This document shows positions 1-11,009 of a stretch of DNA of 64,000 nt, piece by piece. How positions within the stretch are numbered: the first letter of the stretch is position 1; every line of letters starts with the position of its first letter. This DNA is from Thermodesulfobacteriota bacterium. GTDB lineage: Bacteria; Desulfobacterota_D; UBA1144; Nemesobacterales; JAJCZQ01. The notes below the pieces were generated by a model. The model was not told the DNA's origin and did not search any database. It worked only from the letters and a program-made list of their open reading frames with translations. The translations under genes were made by a program, and so were the position numbers. The stretch is from contig CBDBDR010000017.1 in assembly GCA_965203965.1 (NCBI GenBank), forward strand, positions 576,001 to 640,000, written 5' to 3'.

Positions 1-1063
1 TTGACCTGTTTAGTTTTTCCTGTTCAAACAATTCAACATCAATATTTGAGCCAAGTTCCAGTGACATTTCTTCAAGTTTGCTGCTGATTTCATTAAGGGA
101 TCTTTTGCCAAAATTCTCTATGTTTAAGAGCTCTTCCGCTGTTTTTTGTATCAGTTCACCCAGATAAATAATATTTGCTTTGTTAAGACAATTAAAGGAC
201 CTTGCAGATAAATTCATATCTTTAACTAAATCAAAAAGAACCTCTTCATTACCTCTGACAATATAATTACTATCGTCTATTTTCTCGTTTTCTTCTTCTT
301 CAAAAGCTACTTCATCAAAATTAATGAAAATATTCAGATGCTGTTTAATGATCTTTGCGGCGTATGCAAGTGCATCTTCAGGTAAGATTGTGCCATTTGT
401 CCATATTTCAAGTGTTAATTTTTCGTAATCTGTCCTTCTTCCCACCCTTGCATTGGTAATTGTATAATTAACCTTTCTCACAGGCGAGAACAATCCATCA
501 ATTGGTATAGAACCTATATCCCTCTTATATATTCCACTTCTTCTCTCAACAGGTTCATAACCTTTTCCCATTTCAACCATGATTTCCATCTGAAGCATTT
601 TGTTTTCAGACACAGTAGCTATATGCTGATTACCGTTAATTACGGACACCATGTGGTTTTCCTCTATATCCGACGCCTTGACATCGCCGGGTCCCTCAAA
701 ATTCAAGGTCAAAACTTGTGGCTGACATGTATGTATTTCAAAATTCAGGCTTTTAAGATTAAGAACAATCTCGGTTACATCTTCCTTTACTCCTGGAACG
801 GTAGAGAATTCATGCAACACACCGTCAATCTTAACACTTGTAATTGCAGGACCTTGAATGGAAGAAAGCAAAACTCTTCTCAAAGAATTACCAAGTGTTG
901 TTCCATAACCCCTTTCAAGAGGTTCACACACAAATTTACCGTATGTTGGAGTGGAAACTTTTTCATCCTTTTCAATTCTCTGAGGATGCTTCAGATCTTT
1001 CCAATTCTTTTGAAACTGTTTCAAGTTTATTTCCTTTAAATTTTTTTCTACTGATTGCTCCAT
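1..1063 (-). CDS. rpoA: RNA polymerase alpha subunit (3' end runs off the window)
   Basis: Not in the ORF track. Manual translation from ATG at 1063 gives MEQSVEKNLKE...GKFVCEPLERGYGTTLGNSLRR; lies downstream of rpsD. Confidence 0.95.
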   Translation of the reverse strand, partial: MEQSVEKNLKEINLKQFQKNWKDLKHPQRIEKDEKVSTPTYGKFVCEPLERGYGTTLGNSLRRVLLSSIQGPAITSVKIDGVLHEFSTVPGVKEDVTEIVLNLKSLNFEIHTCQPQVLTLNFEGPGDVKASDIEENHMVSVINGNQHIATVSENKMLQMEIMVEMGKGYEPVERRSGIYKRDIGSIPIDGLFSPVRKVNYTITNARVGRRTDYEKLTLEIWTNGTILPEDALAYAAKIIKQHLNIFINFDEVAFEEEENEKIDDSNYIVRGNEEVLFDLVKDMNLSARSFNCLNKANIIYLGELIQKTAEELLNIENFGKRSLNEISSKLEEMSLELGSNIDVELFEQEKLNRS

Positions 1064-1086
1064 AATTATAATCCTTTTTCCTTTTA

Positions 1087-1713
1087 TTATACTCTTGAAT
1101 AAAACTCTACAATCAATTGCTCGTCAATCGGAAATGTTACATCCTCTCTTTCGGGTAATCTATTTACAACACCTTTATAATTATCCTTGTCATGCTCCAG
1201 CCATAGAGGCACAGGCTTCCTTGTGAGTAACTCCAAGGATTGATTTATACGGGAAAGCCTTTTACTCTTGTCTCTTATTGCAACCACATCCCCTTGACTA
1301 ACTTGAAAAGACGGAATATTTACCACACTACCGTTAATGAGAACATGCTTATGCCCCACAAGCTGGCGTGCATCGCTTCTTGTACTGGCAAAACCTAAAC
1401 GGTAAACAACATTATCAAGCCTTCGTTCAAGTACTGATAATAAAATTGATCCCGTTACACCTTGCAACCTCGACGCTTTCTTAAAATATCTTATGAACTG
1501 TTTTTCTCTTATTCCATACATCCTTTTTACCTTTTGCTTTTCCCTGAGCCTCACTCCGTATTCAGAAAATTTGGGTCGTCTTTGACCGTGTTCACCTGGT
1601 GGATGTTTTGATTCTACTGATGATTTTCCATTATAGCTCCTCTCACCTTTAAGGAAAAGGTTAATTCCCTCTCTCCTTGAAAGTCGGTCAGTCGGTCCTG
1701 TATATCTTCCCAT
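1087..1713 (-). CDS. rpsD: 30S ribosomal protein S4
   Basis: MGRYTGP..., LERRLDNVVYRLGF, IVEFYSR; alpha operon position. Confidence 0.98.
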   Translation of the reverse strand: MGRYTGPTDRLSRREGINLFLKGERSYNGKSSVESKHPPGEHGQRRPKFSEYGVRLREKQKVKRMYGIREKQFIRYFKKASRLQGVTGSILLSVLERRLDNVVYRLGFASTRSDARQLVGHKHVLINGSVVNIPSFQVSQGDVVAIRDKSKRLSRINQSLELLTRKPVPLWLEHDKDNYKGVVNRLPEREDVTFPIDEQLIVEFYSRV

Positions 1714-1774
1714 GTAAACTATCGAACCTCCTCAAAAACTAAAAATATTGGTCTCATAATTTTTACCATATTAT

Positions 1775-2164
1775 CTAAACCCTCCTCCTTCCTGGTGGCC
1801 TACAACCATTATGTGGAAGAGGAGTAATATCTCTTATAAATGAAACACGTAGTCCTGATGCCTGCAACGATCTAATAGCAGGTTCTCTTCCAGGTCCCGG
1901 ACCTTTTACAAAAACTTGAACTGATTTCATACCTACTGATGAAGCTTTCTTTGCGGCATCTTCTGCAGCTACCTGAGCTGCGAACGGCGTGCCCTTTCTT
2001 GTGCCTTTAAAGCCTCTGGCTCCACCGCTTGACCATGAAAGCACATTTCCACTCTTATCACTAATACTAACAATGGTATTATTAAACGTCGCCCTGATAT
2101 TAACTACGCCATCCTCAACAAATTTTTTAACTTTCTTTCTTGCTGCTGTCTTCTTTTTAGCCAT
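1775..2164 (-). CDS. rpsK: 30S ribosomal protein S11
   Basis: [23 protein letters not shown] motifs. Confidence 0.98.
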   Translation of the reverse strand: MAKKKTAARKKVKKFVEDGVVNIRATFNNTIVSISDKSGNVLSWSSGGARGFKGTRKGTPFAAQVAAEDAAKKASSVGMKSVQVFVKGPGPGREPAIRSLQASGLRVSFIRDITPLPHNGCRPPGRRRV

Positions 2165-2187
2165 TATTCAACTCCGACTCTCAAAAA

Positions 2188-2568
2188 TTATTTACCTACC
2201 TTCTTTTTCTTGGCGATTGCTGAACCTCTTGGTCCTTTTCTAGTTCTTGCATTTGACTTTGTCTTTTGTCCTCTGGTTGGCAATCCTTGCCTGTGTCTTA
2301 TTCCCCTGTAACAACCTATTTCAACCAATCTCCTTATGTTGCTTTGGATTTCCTTTCTTAAATCACCTTCAACTGTGTAACTGCTTTCTATTATCTCCCT
2401 TAATTTGGCAACTTCATTATCTTCTAGATTTTTTGACGCTTTATCAAAATCAATATCTGCGAGTTTTAATATATCCCGTGAGGTTTTCCTTCCAACACCA
2501 TATATGTAAGTTAGTGCTACTTCTACCCTTTTATTTAAGGGAATATCTACTCCTGCAATCCTCGGCAT
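2188..2568 (-). CDS. rpsM: 30S ribosomal protein S13
   Basis: [10 protein letters not shown]...GCYRGIRH...NARTRKG; start moved to ATG 2568, which has GGAGG upstream. Confidence 0.97.
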   Translation of the reverse strand: MPRIAGVDIPLNKRVEVALTYIYGVGRKTSRDILKLADIDFDKASKNLEDNEVAKLREIIESSYTVEGDLRKEIQSNIRRLVEIGCYRGIRHRQGLPTRGQKTKSNARTRKGPRGSAIAKKKKVGK

Positions 2569-2587
2569 AAAATATATTCCTCCTGAA

Positions 2588-2701
2588 TTAACCTTGCCTT
2601 TGTTTGTGTCTTTTATTGACACAAATAACTCTCAAGATACTATTTCTTTTAATTATTTTACACTTATCACAAATTTTCTTTACTGATGCTCTTACCTTCA
2701 C
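2588..2701 (-). CDS. rpmJ: 50S ribosomal protein L36 (zinc-ribbon form)
   Basis: Too short for the ORF track. GTG start, [37 protein letters not shown]. Confidence 0.95.
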   Translation of the reverse strand: MKVRASVKKICDKCKIIKRNSILRVICVNKRHKQRQG

Positions 2702-2716
2702 AACTTTTCTCCCATA

Positions 2717-2938
2717 CTATTTTCTCAATCTATAAGTGATCCTGCCTTTTGTTAAATCATAAGGCGATAGTTCAAGTTTAACTTTATCTCCGGGAAGGAT
2801 TCTAATAAATCTTGTTCTCATTTTTCCAGATACATAAGCAATAATTTTATGTCCGCCTTCTATTTCAACTCTGAACATGGCATTCGATAATGCCTCTAAA
2901 ATTGTTCCCTCAAACTCTAATATTTCTTCTTTGGGCAT
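2717..2938 (-). CDS. infA: translation initiation factor IF-1
   Basis: SGKMR...IRILPGDKV...[13 protein letters not shown]. Confidence 0.98.
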   Translation of the reverse strand: MPKEEILEFEGTILEALSNAMFRVEIEGGHKIIAYVSGKMRTRFIRILPGDKVKLELSPYDLTKGRITYRLRK

Positions 2939-2956
2939 CCAGTCCTCGTAATTTAT

Positions 2957-3718
2957 TCAATTTAAGCTGGTCAATATCTCTGCACCATTATCGGTTACTG
3001 CTACAGTGTGCTCAAAATGAGCTGAAAGTTTACCATCTGCTGTAACAGTAGTCCATCCATCATCTAAAATCCTCACCTCGGCAGTTCCAACATTGACCAT
3101 TGGCTCAATTGCTAAAACCATACCACTTTTAAGGGTAACTCCAAGATGTAATGCTTCGGTTACAAAATTAGGTACTTGTGGTTCTTCGTGCAAATTTCTT
3201 CCAATCCCGTGACCTACAAATGATCTTACAACTGAAAATCCTTGTTGCTCTACATAGTCCTGTATTGACTTGGAAATATTCCCTATCCTGTTTTTTGATC
3301 TTACACTATCAATTCCACTGAGTAATGATGCCTCCGTAACCTCAAGCAATTTTTTGGCTTGAGCATTGACCTTTCCCACGGAAACCGTTATAGCAGAATC
3401 TCCATAATACCCTTCTACACAAGCACCAAAATCTATTCCGAGGATATCTCCCTCTTTTAAAATCCTGTCTTTTGAAGGTATTCCATGCACAACCTCATCA
3501 TTTAAGGCAAAACATACTGAAGCAGGGTAGTTTAAATAACCCTTGAAAGCTGTCTTAAAAGATCTTTTATCTGCAATATCTTCAGCAATTTTATTCAACT
3601 CCCAAGTTGATACCCCTTCTTTTGCTTTTTCTTTTAAGCAGGATAATACTTCAACTACTGCCTTGGAAGCTAATCTCATTTTTTTCAATTCTTCCTTGCT
3701 CTTCAAATGTATCATCAT
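2957..3718 (-). CDS. map: methionine aminopeptidase type I
   Basis: HGIP, GHGIG, HEEP, AIEPM, SAHFEHT motifs. Confidence 0.97.
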   Translation of the reverse strand: MMIHLKSKEELKKMRLASKAVVEVLSCLKEKAKEGVSTWELNKIAEDIADKRSFKTAFKGYLNYPASVCFALNDEVVHGIPSKDRILKEGDILGIDFGACVEGYYGDSAITVSVGKVNAQAKKLLEVTEASLLSGIDSVRSKNRIGNISKSIQDYVEQQGFSVVRSFVGHGIGRNLHEEPQVPNFVTEALHLGVTLKSGMVLAIEPMVNVGTAEVRILDDGWTTVTADGKLSAHFEHTVAVTDNGAEILTSLN

Positions 3719-4281
3719 GAAAACGCTGATAGTAACTTATCTATCCTTTGTGATATTTTATCAACATCACCTGTTCCATCTATTTTCCTCAAAATACCTT
3801 TTGATTCATAATAACTGATAAGCGGGGACGTCCTCTCACTGTAAACTTTCAACCTATCCCTTACTACCTCATGGGAATCATCCTGTCTGCCTTCAATTTT
3901 CTGTCTTTTCAATATTCTTGATATGACTTCTTCATCATTAACATCGAGAAATATCACCAAATCTAATTTGAAATTAATTTCCCCAAGCATTTCATCAAGT
4001 GCTTTGGCTTGCGCAATCGTTCTTGGAAAACCATCAAGCATAAACCTGCCATTTTCTAAATTTGCCAGTTTTTGCCTGATTATTTTAATCACAACGGAGT
4101 CGGGTACCAAATCTCCTTTATCCATGAATGACATGGCAAGCAACCCAATTTCTGTTCTATTTTTAACAGCCTCCCTTAATAAATCCCCCGTAGATATATG
4201 AGATACTTTATATTTCTCTGTTATGTAACTTGCTTGTGTCCCTTTACCAGCTCCCGGTGGTCCAAATATTATTATCTGCAT
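3715..4281 (-). CDS. adk: adenylate kinase (short-LID type)
   Basis: GPPGAGKGT, LDGFPRT; short LID (GRQDD). Confidence 0.97.
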   Translation of the reverse strand: MQIIIFGPPGAGKGTQASYITEKYKVSHISTGDLLREAVKNRTEIGLLAMSFMDKGDLVPDSVVIKIIRQKLANLENGRFMLDGFPRTIAQAKALDEMLGEINFKLDLVIFLDVNDEEVISRILKRQKIEGRQDDSHEVVRDRLKVYSERTSPLISYYESKGILRKIDGTGDVDKISQRIDKLLSAFS

Positions 4282-4292
4282 ATTTGTTTTAT

Positions 4293-5624
4293 TCAGGTTC
4301 TAAACCTCCTTGGATCTTTCATACCTTTTTTCTTCACAAAACCTTCATAGCTATGAGTAATTAGAAAAGATTCTATCTGCTGTAAAAAATCAAGCGTAAC
4401 ACCAATAACTATCAAAAGAGACGTGCCACCAAAATAAAAGGGAAGATTAAAAGGCTCTCTTTCCAAAAATGCAGGTAAAACACACACGGCTGATACATAA
4501 ATGGCACCTATAAAAGTTATCCTATTCAGTACTGTCCCAATATACTCAGATGTTTTTTTACCCGGCCTTATACCAGGGATATTTCCACCATTTTTTCTCA
4601 GATTATCCGCCAGATCGTCAGGGTCATAAATTATCGCGGTATAAAAATAGCAAAAGAATATTATAAGTGCTGCAAATATGGCATTGTAAAATAAAATGTT
4701 CTGAAACATTAACTCAGATACATTTCTTAAAAATGGGACGTCAATAAAAGTCAGTATAGTAGCGGGAAATATTAATAACGAGGAGGCAAAAATTGGAGGT
4801 ATTACCCCAGCAGGATTTGTTTTCAAGGGCAGATGGGAAGATTGACCTCCATAAACTTTCCTCCCGATAACTCTCCTTGGATACTGAACGGGAATCTTTC
4901 TATATGACCTTTCCACAAAAACAATCATTGATATTAACAGAGTAAGAAACAACAAAATCAGCACCAAACCCAGCACCGTCAATTCCTCAGTTGTAACCAA
5001 TCTGACCATGTTCCAGAAAGCTCCTGGAATACCTGCTAAGATTGAAATAGCTATTATCAAGGAAATTCCATTTCCTATTCCGTGTTCTGATATTTGTTCA
5101 CCAAGCCACATTACAAACATTGAACCGGCAGTAAGCGTCAATACTGTTGTAACCCTGAATCCCCAACCTGGGTCCGTTGCTACTGATGAGCCAATTCCCA
5201 CCTCACCAAAACCACCACCTTCCAATGTAATAGCAAGCATAAATCCCTGAATAACACAAATCAGAATAGTCCCATATCTTGAATACTGATTGATTTTCCT
5301 TCTACCAGCCTCTCCTTCTTTTTGCATCGCCTCTAAAGACGGAAATGCCTTAACAAGAAGAGACATAATAATGGACGAGGTTATATAAGGCATTACACCA
5401 AGCGCAAATATTGAAGCCTGCTCTAAAGCTCCACCGGAAAACATATTAAGTATATCAAATATAGTTCCTCGTGTTTGCTCAAATAGGCGTGAAATCTGCT
5501 CAGGGTCTATTCCCGGTATTGGTATAAATACACCCAGCCTATACACAACAAGTATAAAAGCTGTAAACAACAGCCGCTTGTTTAACTCAGGTATTCTTGG
5601 AACAGAAGAAATGCTGGTGCTCAT
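4293..5624 (-). CDS. secY: preprotein translocase SecY
   Basis: SIFALGVMPYITSSII, GIGNGISLII, IPGIRPG, GGTSLLI. Confidence 0.98.
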   Translation of the reverse strand: MSTSISSVPRIPELNKRLLFTAFILVVYRLGVFIPIPGIDPEQISRLFEQTRGTIFDILNMFSGGALEQASIFALGVMPYITSSIIMSLLVKAFPSLEAMQKEGEAGRRKINQYSRYGTILICVIQGFMLAITLEGGGFGEVGIGSSVATDPGWGFRVTTVLTLTAGSMFVMWLGEQISEHGIGNGISLIIAISILAGIPGAFWNMVRLVTTEELTVLGLVLILLFLTLLISMIVFVERSYRKIPVQYPRRVIGRKVYGGQSSHLPLKTNPAGVIPPIFASSLLIFPATILTFIDVPFLRNVSELMFQNILFYNAIFAALIIFFCYFYTAIIYDPDDLADNLRKNGGNIPGIRPGKKTSEYIGTVLNRITFIGAIYVSAVCVLPAFLEREPFNLPFYFGGTSLLIVIGVTLDFLQQIESFLITHSYEGFVKKKGMKDPRRFRT

Positions 5625-6052
5625 ATAATTTCTACTTTACCACCGCACTTTTCTATTTTTTCTTTTGCTAACTTGCTCACAGCATTTACCTGAACTGTAA
5701 GCCTTTTTTCTAATCCACCCTTTCCCAGTAGTTTTACTCCTTTCTTTCCACTTACCAAACCTCTGGATATCAAGTCATTAAGTGAAACCGTTTGTCCTTC
5801 ATCAAAGACAGACAGATTCAAAACATTCACAATATCAAAAGATTTTTTAAACCTGTTTTTAAAGCCTCTTTTAGGAACCCTGAGTTTTAGTGGAGTCTGC
5901 CCACCTTCAAACCAACGAGAAACACCCTTTCCAGATCTTGAAAGCTGACCCTTATGACCTTTTCCACTCTGTCTCCCCTGTGAACCGAAGCCCCTACCTA
6001 TCCTTTTTGAAGATTTTTTTGAACCCTTTGATGGTGATAATCTTTCAAGCAT
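5621..6052 (-). CDS. rplO: 50S ribosomal protein L15
   Basis: RIGRG...GHKGQ...FEGGQTPL. Confidence 0.97.
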   Translation of the reverse strand: MLERLSPSKGSKKSSKRIGRGFGSQGRQSGKGHKGQLSRSGKGVSRWFEGGQTPLKLRVPKRGFKNRFKKSFDIVNVLNLSVFDEGQTVSLNDLISRGLVSGKKGVKLLGKGGLEKRLTVQVNAVSKLAKEKIEKCGGKVEII

Positions 6053-6063
6053 AAAAACCTCTA

Positions 6064-6591
6064 TTAATTTGCCAAGTAATTTTTAGGTATATCAAGATCT
6101 TCCAAATTCTTATCTCTGACTGAAGCAATTTGAGTTGGCACTTTCAGTTCGGATAAACCTTTCATAACTGCCAAAACCACATTCATAGGATTCCTCGACC
6201 CAAGCACTTTTGATAGAATATCGTGTATCCCTGCAAGTCCCACTACTGCCCTGACGGCACCTCCTGCAATTACTCCAGTACCTGGAGCTGCGGGCATCAG
6301 TTTAACTTTACTTGAAATATGTTCGGCAACTATTTCATGAGGAATTGTTGCTCCATTTCGCGGTACTTCTAACAACGTTTTCTTTGCTTTTTCAATTGCC
6401 TTTCTTATAGCATCAGGAACCTCATTGGATTTTCCCAACCCGGAACCAACTATACCATCCCCGTTGCCAACAACAGCCAAGGCAGTAAAATGAAACTTCT
6501 TACCACCCTTTGTAACTTTTGCAACCCTTCTTATATGGACTACTTTCTCCTCTAATTCTAAACCCGCTGGATCTACATATTTTTTCTCCAA
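6064..6591 (-). CDS. rpsE: 30S ribosomal protein S5
   Basis: RVAKVTKGG, PAAPGTGVIAGG; TTG start. Confidence 0.97.
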   Translation of the reverse strand: MEKKYVDPAGLELEEKVVHIRRVAKVTKGGKKFHFTALAVVGNGDGIVGSGLGKSNEVPDAIRKAIEKAKKTLLEVPRNGATIPHEIVAEHISSKVKLMPAAPGTGVIAGGAVRAVVGLAGIHDILSKVLGSRNPMNVVLAVMKGLSELKVPTQIASVRDKNLEDLDIPKNYLAN

Positions 6592-6609
6592 TCACTTTCC
6601 TCCTGAACT

Positions 6610-6993
6610 TTAAATCTTGATTCCACCTTCTTTTAATCCATCTGCTAAAGCCTTAACTCTTCCGTGATAGGAATAGCCCCCCCTGTCAAAACAAATCCTT
6701 TTGATACCCTTTTCCTTTGCAAGTTCTGCCAATTTTTTACCAACCGACTTCGATACTCCTATTTTTCCTGCCATTTCACTGCTTGTATATTCTGCTTCAC
6801 TTGCAATACCCGAAGACAGAGAAGAAACATGAAGAATTGTTTTCTGTCTTTTATCGTCTATAACTTGTGCATAAATATTTTTCTTTGACCTATATATTGA
6901 AACCCTTGGAATGTCACTAGTTCCGGAAATTTTTTTCCTAATTCTCTTATGCCTGAATTTCCTTCTTATATTTTTTGAAAGCTTACTGGTCAT
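6610..6993 (-). CDS. rplR: 50S ribosomal protein L18
   Basis: IYAQVIDD, FDRGGYSYHGRVKALAD. Confidence 0.97.
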   Translation of the reverse strand: MTSKLSKNIRRKFRHKRIRKKISGTSDIPRVSIYRSKKNIYAQVIDDKRQKTILHVSSLSSGIASEAEYTSSEMAGKIGVSKSVGKKLAELAKEKGIKRICFDRGGYSYHGRVKALADGLKEGGIKI

Positions 6994-7538
6994 TTTTTTG
7001 CTCCAGCCTTGCCGGGCTTCAATATGAGTTGTTCTCCTCTATACCTTACTCCTTTACCCTTATAAGCATCGGGTTTTCTCAAATGCCTAATCTTTGCAGC
7101 AGTTTCACCCACCAGTTGCTTGTCTATTCCTTGAAGAGTTAAAACAGTTCCTCTTTCCTCCACCTTTGCCCCAACTCCTTTTGGTAATTCAAAGTTTATG
7201 GTGTGTGAATAACCCAAAGTAAGTTTTAACCCTTTATCCCCAACCGTCTCTGCTTTGTAACCAGTGCCTACTATCTCCAAAATTTTAGTGAAGCCTTCAG
7301 AAACACCGGTTACTGAATTTTGAAGCAATGACCTTGCCAATCCATGATAAGTACGGATTTCCTTTTCATCACTATTTCTCGTTACCTCAATACTACCGTT
7401 TTCAATTATAACCTCAATCCCTCTTGGCAAGTTGATATTTAACTCTCCTTTGGGTCCCCTTATATAAACAACCTCGTTTTTTGTTTCTACGTTTACTTTA
7501 TCTGATAGCTTAATAATTTTTCTTCCAATCCGAGACAT
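6990..7538 (-). CDS. rplF: 50S ribosomal protein L6
   Basis: MSRIG, LGYSH, PDAYKGKGVRY. Confidence 0.98.
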   Translation of the reverse strand: MSRIGRKIIKLSDKVNVETKNEVVYIRGPKGELNINLPRGIEVIIENGSIEVTRNSDEKEIRTYHGLARSLLQNSVTGVSEGFTKILEIVGTGYKAETVGDKGLKLTLGYSHTINFELPKGVGAKVEERGTVLTLQGIDKQLVGETAAKIRHLRKPDAYKGKGVRYRGEQLILKPGKAGAKK

Positions 7539-7556
7539 ATAAACCAGTCCTTTCTT

Positions 7557-7949
7557 TTAATTAACAATACATATAATTTCCCCACCAACTCCTTCTTTTC
7601 TTGCGACTGTTCCAGTCATAATACCCTTTGGAGTAGAGAGAATAGATATTCCCATGCCAGCTTTAACTCTTGGTATCTGATGTTTATTAACATAGATCCT
7701 TCTACTGAGTTTGCTGACCCTCTTTATTTCACCTATTACAGGTTGCCTGCTTTTGGTATATTTTAATTTTAGCGTTAAAAATTTCTTTAATCCATCTTGA
7801 TCTTGAATAATTTCAACGATGTAACCTTCTTCCTTTAATACTTTGGCTATTTGTGATTTAATCGTGGAATGAGGAATTTTTACCTCATTATGATTTGCAA
7901 TGATTGCATTTCTTATTCTGGATAACATATCTGCAATTGGATCAGTCAT
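7557..7949 (-). CDS. rpsH: 30S ribosomal protein S8
   Basis: MTDPIADML, STPKG, GGE. Confidence 0.98.
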   Translation of the reverse strand: MTDPIADMLSRIRNAIIANHNEVKIPHSTIKSQIAKVLKEEGYIVEIIQDQDGLKKFLTLKLKYTKSRQPVIGEIKRVSKLSRRIYVNKHQIPRVKAGMGISILSTPKGIMTGTVARKEGVGGEIICIVN

Positions 7950-7959
7950 TAATTCCTCC

Positions 7960-8145
7960 TTACAAACTTGCCTTTCTCACACCTGGAATCAATCCTGCAC
8001 TTGCCATTTTCCTGAAGCACAATCTACATATTCCAAATTTCCTCATGTAGCCTCTTGTTCTTCCACAAGCATTACATCTGTTCACTTTCCTGACTGAGAA
8101 TTTAGGATTTCTCTTTGATTTTTCTAACAATGCCTTTCTTGTCAT
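7960..8145 (-). CDS. rpsN: 30S ribosomal protein S14 type Z
   Basis: 61 aa with CNAC and CRLC zinc motifs. Confidence 0.97.
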   Translation of the reverse strand: MTRKALLEKSKRNPKFSVRKVNRCNACGRTRGYMRKFGICRLCFRKMASAGLIPGVRKASL

Positions 8146-8154
8146 GGTGTCCTC

Positions 8155-8709
8155 TTAATTTTTTGAAAACGGCACTCCCAATAATTCCAACATTGTCAAC
8201 GCTTCATTGTCCGTATTAGAAGTTGTTACTATAGTTATGTTTATACCTTTAACATTCTGAACTTTGCTATAATCAATCTCGGGAAAGATTACATGCTCTT
8301 TTACTCCAAGTGTGTAATTACCCCTTCCGTCAAATGATTTGGGATTAACTCCTTTGAAATCCCTTACCCTTGGCAGTGCCAGATTGACAAGTCTGTCTAG
8401 AAACTCATACATTCTGTTGCCTCGTAATGTTACCATGCAACCTATTTTCACATTCTCTCTCAACTTAAACCCTGCTATGGATTTCTTTGCTTTTGTTATA
8501 ACAGGTCTCTGCCCAACAATTTGTGCCAACTCTTCAACAGCTTCATCTATTACCTTTGTATTCCTACCAGCTTCGGACAAACGGCCAAGACCCATATTAA
8601 GCACTATGTTTGTAACCCTTGGCGCCTGCATGATGTTTTTATATGAAAATTTTTTCATTAGCTCAGGCAAAGCTTTTTCTTTATAAGTTACTTTAAGTTT
8701 TGGCTCCAT
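8155..8709 (-). CDS. rplE: 50S ribosomal protein L5
   Basis: [26 protein letters not shown]. Confidence 0.98.
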   Translation of the reverse strand: MEPKLKVTYKEKALPELMKKFSYKNIMQAPRVTNIVLNMGLGRLSEAGRNTKVIDEAVEELAQIVGQRPVITKAKKSIAGFKLRENVKIGCMVTLRGNRMYEFLDRLVNLALPRVRDFKGVNPKSFDGRGNYTLGVKEHVIFPEIDYSKVQNVKGINITIVTTSNTDNEALTMLELLGVPFSKN

Positions 8710-9026
8710 TATATTGTCTCACCACTTTTTTTACTGATTCTGACTTTTTTGCTGTCTTTCATAATATCAAATCTGACTCTGGTTGGAGACTTGGTATGGG
8801 GATCGTACAGCATTACATTTGATATATCTATAGGAAGCTCTTTATCCGATATTCCTCCAGTCGGATTTTTCTGTGTGGGTTTGCTGTGTTTCTTAACTAA
8901 ATTAACTTTCTCCACAATAATTTTTCCCTTTTTGGGCAAAACTTTAATTACTTTACCTACCTTACTTTTATCTTTACCAGCAGCAACGTAAACAGTATCA
9001 CCCGATTTAATATTAACTTTCTTCAT
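8709..9026 (-). CDS. rplX: 50S ribosomal protein L24
   Basis: KOW-like [17 protein letters not shown]. Confidence 0.96.
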   Translation of the reverse strand: MKKVNIKSGDTVYVAAGKDKSKVGKVIKVLPKKGKIIVEKVNLVKKHSKPTQKNPTGGISDKELPIDISNVMLYDPHTKSPTRVRFDIMKDSKKVRISKKSGETI

Positions 9027-9056
9027 ATCAATAAAATCCTCTCAAACAACAGAAAA

Positions 9057-9425
9057 TTACACAACCTCGGGAGCCAGAGAAATTATCTTCATAAATCCTT
9101 TTACCCTTAATTCTCTTGCTATAGGACCAAACACCCTTGTTCCAATTGGCTCATTATCCTTGCTTATTATTACGGCTGCATTATCATCAAAACTTACGTA
9201 CGTCCCATCAGGTCTTCTTTGCTCTTTTTTAGTTCTCACTATAACTGCTTTATGCACGCCACCCTTTTCAACTTTGGCGTTGGGTATTGCCTCTTTCACC
9301 GAAACAGTTATGACATCTCCTAAACGTGCATATTTACGACCGGATCCACCCAAAACCTTTATACAAAAAAGTTTTTTTGCTCCAGTATTGTCTGCAGATT
9401 CTAAATATGTGCTTGATTGAATCAT
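9057..9425 (-). CDS. rplN: 50S ribosomal protein L14
   Basis: ADNTGAK, FDDNAAV, GTRVFGP, SLAPEV. Confidence 0.98.
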   Translation of the reverse strand: MIQSSTYLESADNTGAKKLFCIKVLGGSGRKYARLGDVITVSVKEAIPNAKVEKGGVHKAVIVRTKKEQRRPDGTYVSFDDNAAVIISKDNEPIGTRVFGPIARELRVKGFMKIISLAPEVV

Positions 9426-9449
9426 GTACTTATCTTTAACCTGGGCAAG

Positions 9450-9719
9450 TTATTGACTACTCTGCCCAACCACTTTTTCTATTACTTTTCTCACTTTCCA
9501 TCTCTTTGTCTTACTAATAGGTTTTGATTCTATTATCATTACCTTGTCTCCTATTTGACACTGATTAAGACCATCGTGAGCTTTCAGTCTTGATCTCCAT
9601 CTGATAGGTTTTTTGTAACGGGGATGGTTTTTGATTCTGCTTATATCAACCACTACTGTCTTATCCATCTTATTGCCTACCACTAAACCGGTTAATGTTT
9701 TCAATCTTCCTCTATGCAT
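9450..9719 (-). CDS. rpsQ: 30S ribosomal protein S17
   Basis: KMDKTVVV, HPRY, PISKTKRW. Confidence 0.97.
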   Translation of the reverse strand: MHRGRLKTLTGLVVGNKMDKTVVVDISRIKNHPRYKKPIRWRSRLKAHDGLNQCQIGDKVMIIESKPISKTKRWKVRKVIEKVVGQSSQ

Positions 9720-9922
9720 TAACGTCTCCTCATTGCAATTTCCTCTCTCTTAACTGTTTCCAAACGAGCTATATCTTTCCTGAGTTGTTTTATTCCAGCA
9801 TAATTATTTATCTGCTTTGTAGCAACTTGAATCCTGATATTGAAAAGCTCCTCCTTCATATCTTTCTCTTTCTTTGCAAGTTCATCTTCTGTTAACTCCC
9901 TGAAATCACTGGCTTTTGTCAT
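9719..9922 (-). CDS. rpmC: 50S ribosomal protein L29
   Basis: ELFNIR...RKDIARLET; position between rplP and rpsQ. Confidence 0.95.
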   Translation of the reverse strand: MTKASDFRELTEDELAKKEKDMKEELFNIRIQVATKQINNYAGIKQLRKDIARLETVKREEIAMRRR

Positions 9923-10347
9923 TAGAACAACCCCCCGCTGTAATCTCTAGATACAACTCTTGTTTTTACGGGTAGCTTGTGCGAAGCAAGTCTGAAAGCC
10001 TCACGTGCCAATTCTTCAGATACACCACTGATTTCATATAATAGTTGACCTCTTCTTACCGGTGCAACCCATCCAGCAATATCACCCTTTCCTTTTCCCA
10101 TTCTAGTTTCTGCCGGCTTCTTAGTAATAGGTTTATCCGGAAATATTCTGATCCACAGCTTTGCACCTCTTTTAACTTTTCTGGTAATAGAAATACGCGC
10201 TGCTTCAATCTGCTGAGAAGTTATTTTCCCGTTTTCAGTTGTTTGAAGTGCAAGTTCCCCAAAAGATATCTTCACGCCTTTTGTAGGTTTACCCTTTATC
10301 CTTCCCTTTTGTACTTTTCTGTATTTTGTCTTTTTCGGCTGTAACAT
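9922..10347 (-). CDS. rplP: 50S ribosomal protein L16
   Basis: [24 protein letters not shown]. Confidence 0.98.
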   Translation of the reverse strand: MLQPKKTKYRKVQKGRIKGKPTKGVKISFGELALQTTENGKITSQQIEAARISITRKVKRGAKLWIRIFPDKPITKKPAETRMGKGKGDIAGWVAPVRRGQLLYEISGVSEELAREAFRLASHKLPVKTRVVSRDYSGGLF

Positions 10348-10350
10348 TTT

Positions 10351-11007
10351 TTATTGATTACCCTGCTTTGGTTTTTTCTCTAATATCTCTCCTTTAAATA
10401 TCCACACCTTGATACCGATAATTCCGTATGTTGTATTAGCTTCGGCAAAACCATAATCAATGTCGGCTCTCAGGGTTGCAAGCGGTACTCTACCTTCTCT
10501 ATACCATTCTTTCCTTGCTATTTCGACACCTCCGAGTCTCCCAGAAACCATGATCTTAATTCCAATAGCACCTATACGGATCGCCGAAGAAATACACCGC
10601 TTCATTGCCCTACGGTAGGCCACGCGACGTTCAAGCTGAAGAGCACAGTTTTCCGCTACCAATTGAGCGTCTATTTCAGGTCTTCTTACTTCTCTTATGT
10701 CAAGATATACCTCTTTATTGGTAATTCTGCTCAATTTTTTCCTAAGTGCCTCAATTTCCTGTCCTTTTCTCCCAATAAGTATGCCAGGACGTATTGAATA
10801 AATAACAACCCTTACGTGATCAGAGGCAGCCCTCTCAATTTCAATTTTTGAAATACCTGCTTGATAAAAAGTCTTTTTAATTAAAGATCTGATCTTCATA
10901 TCTTCCTGCAGCAGGTATGTATAGCTTCTTTTCTCCGCGTACCACCTTGAACTCCAATCAGTAGTAATACCTAATCTGAATCCAATTGGATTAATTTTTT
11001 GACCCAA
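10351..11007 (-). CDS. rpsC: 30S ribosomal protein S3
   Basis: [29 protein letters not shown] start. Confidence 0.98.
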   Translation of the reverse strand: MGQKINPIGFRLGITTDWSSRWYAEKRSYTYLLQEDMKIRSLIKKTFYQAGISKIEIERAASDHVRVVIYSIRPGILIGRKGQEIEALRKKLSRITNKEVYLDIREVRRPEIDAQLVAENCALQLERRVAYRRAMKRCISSAIRIGAIGIKIMVSGRLGGVEIARKEWYREGRVPLATLRADIDYGFAEANTTYGIIGIKVWIFKGEILEKKPKQGNQ

Positions 11008-11009
11008 TA

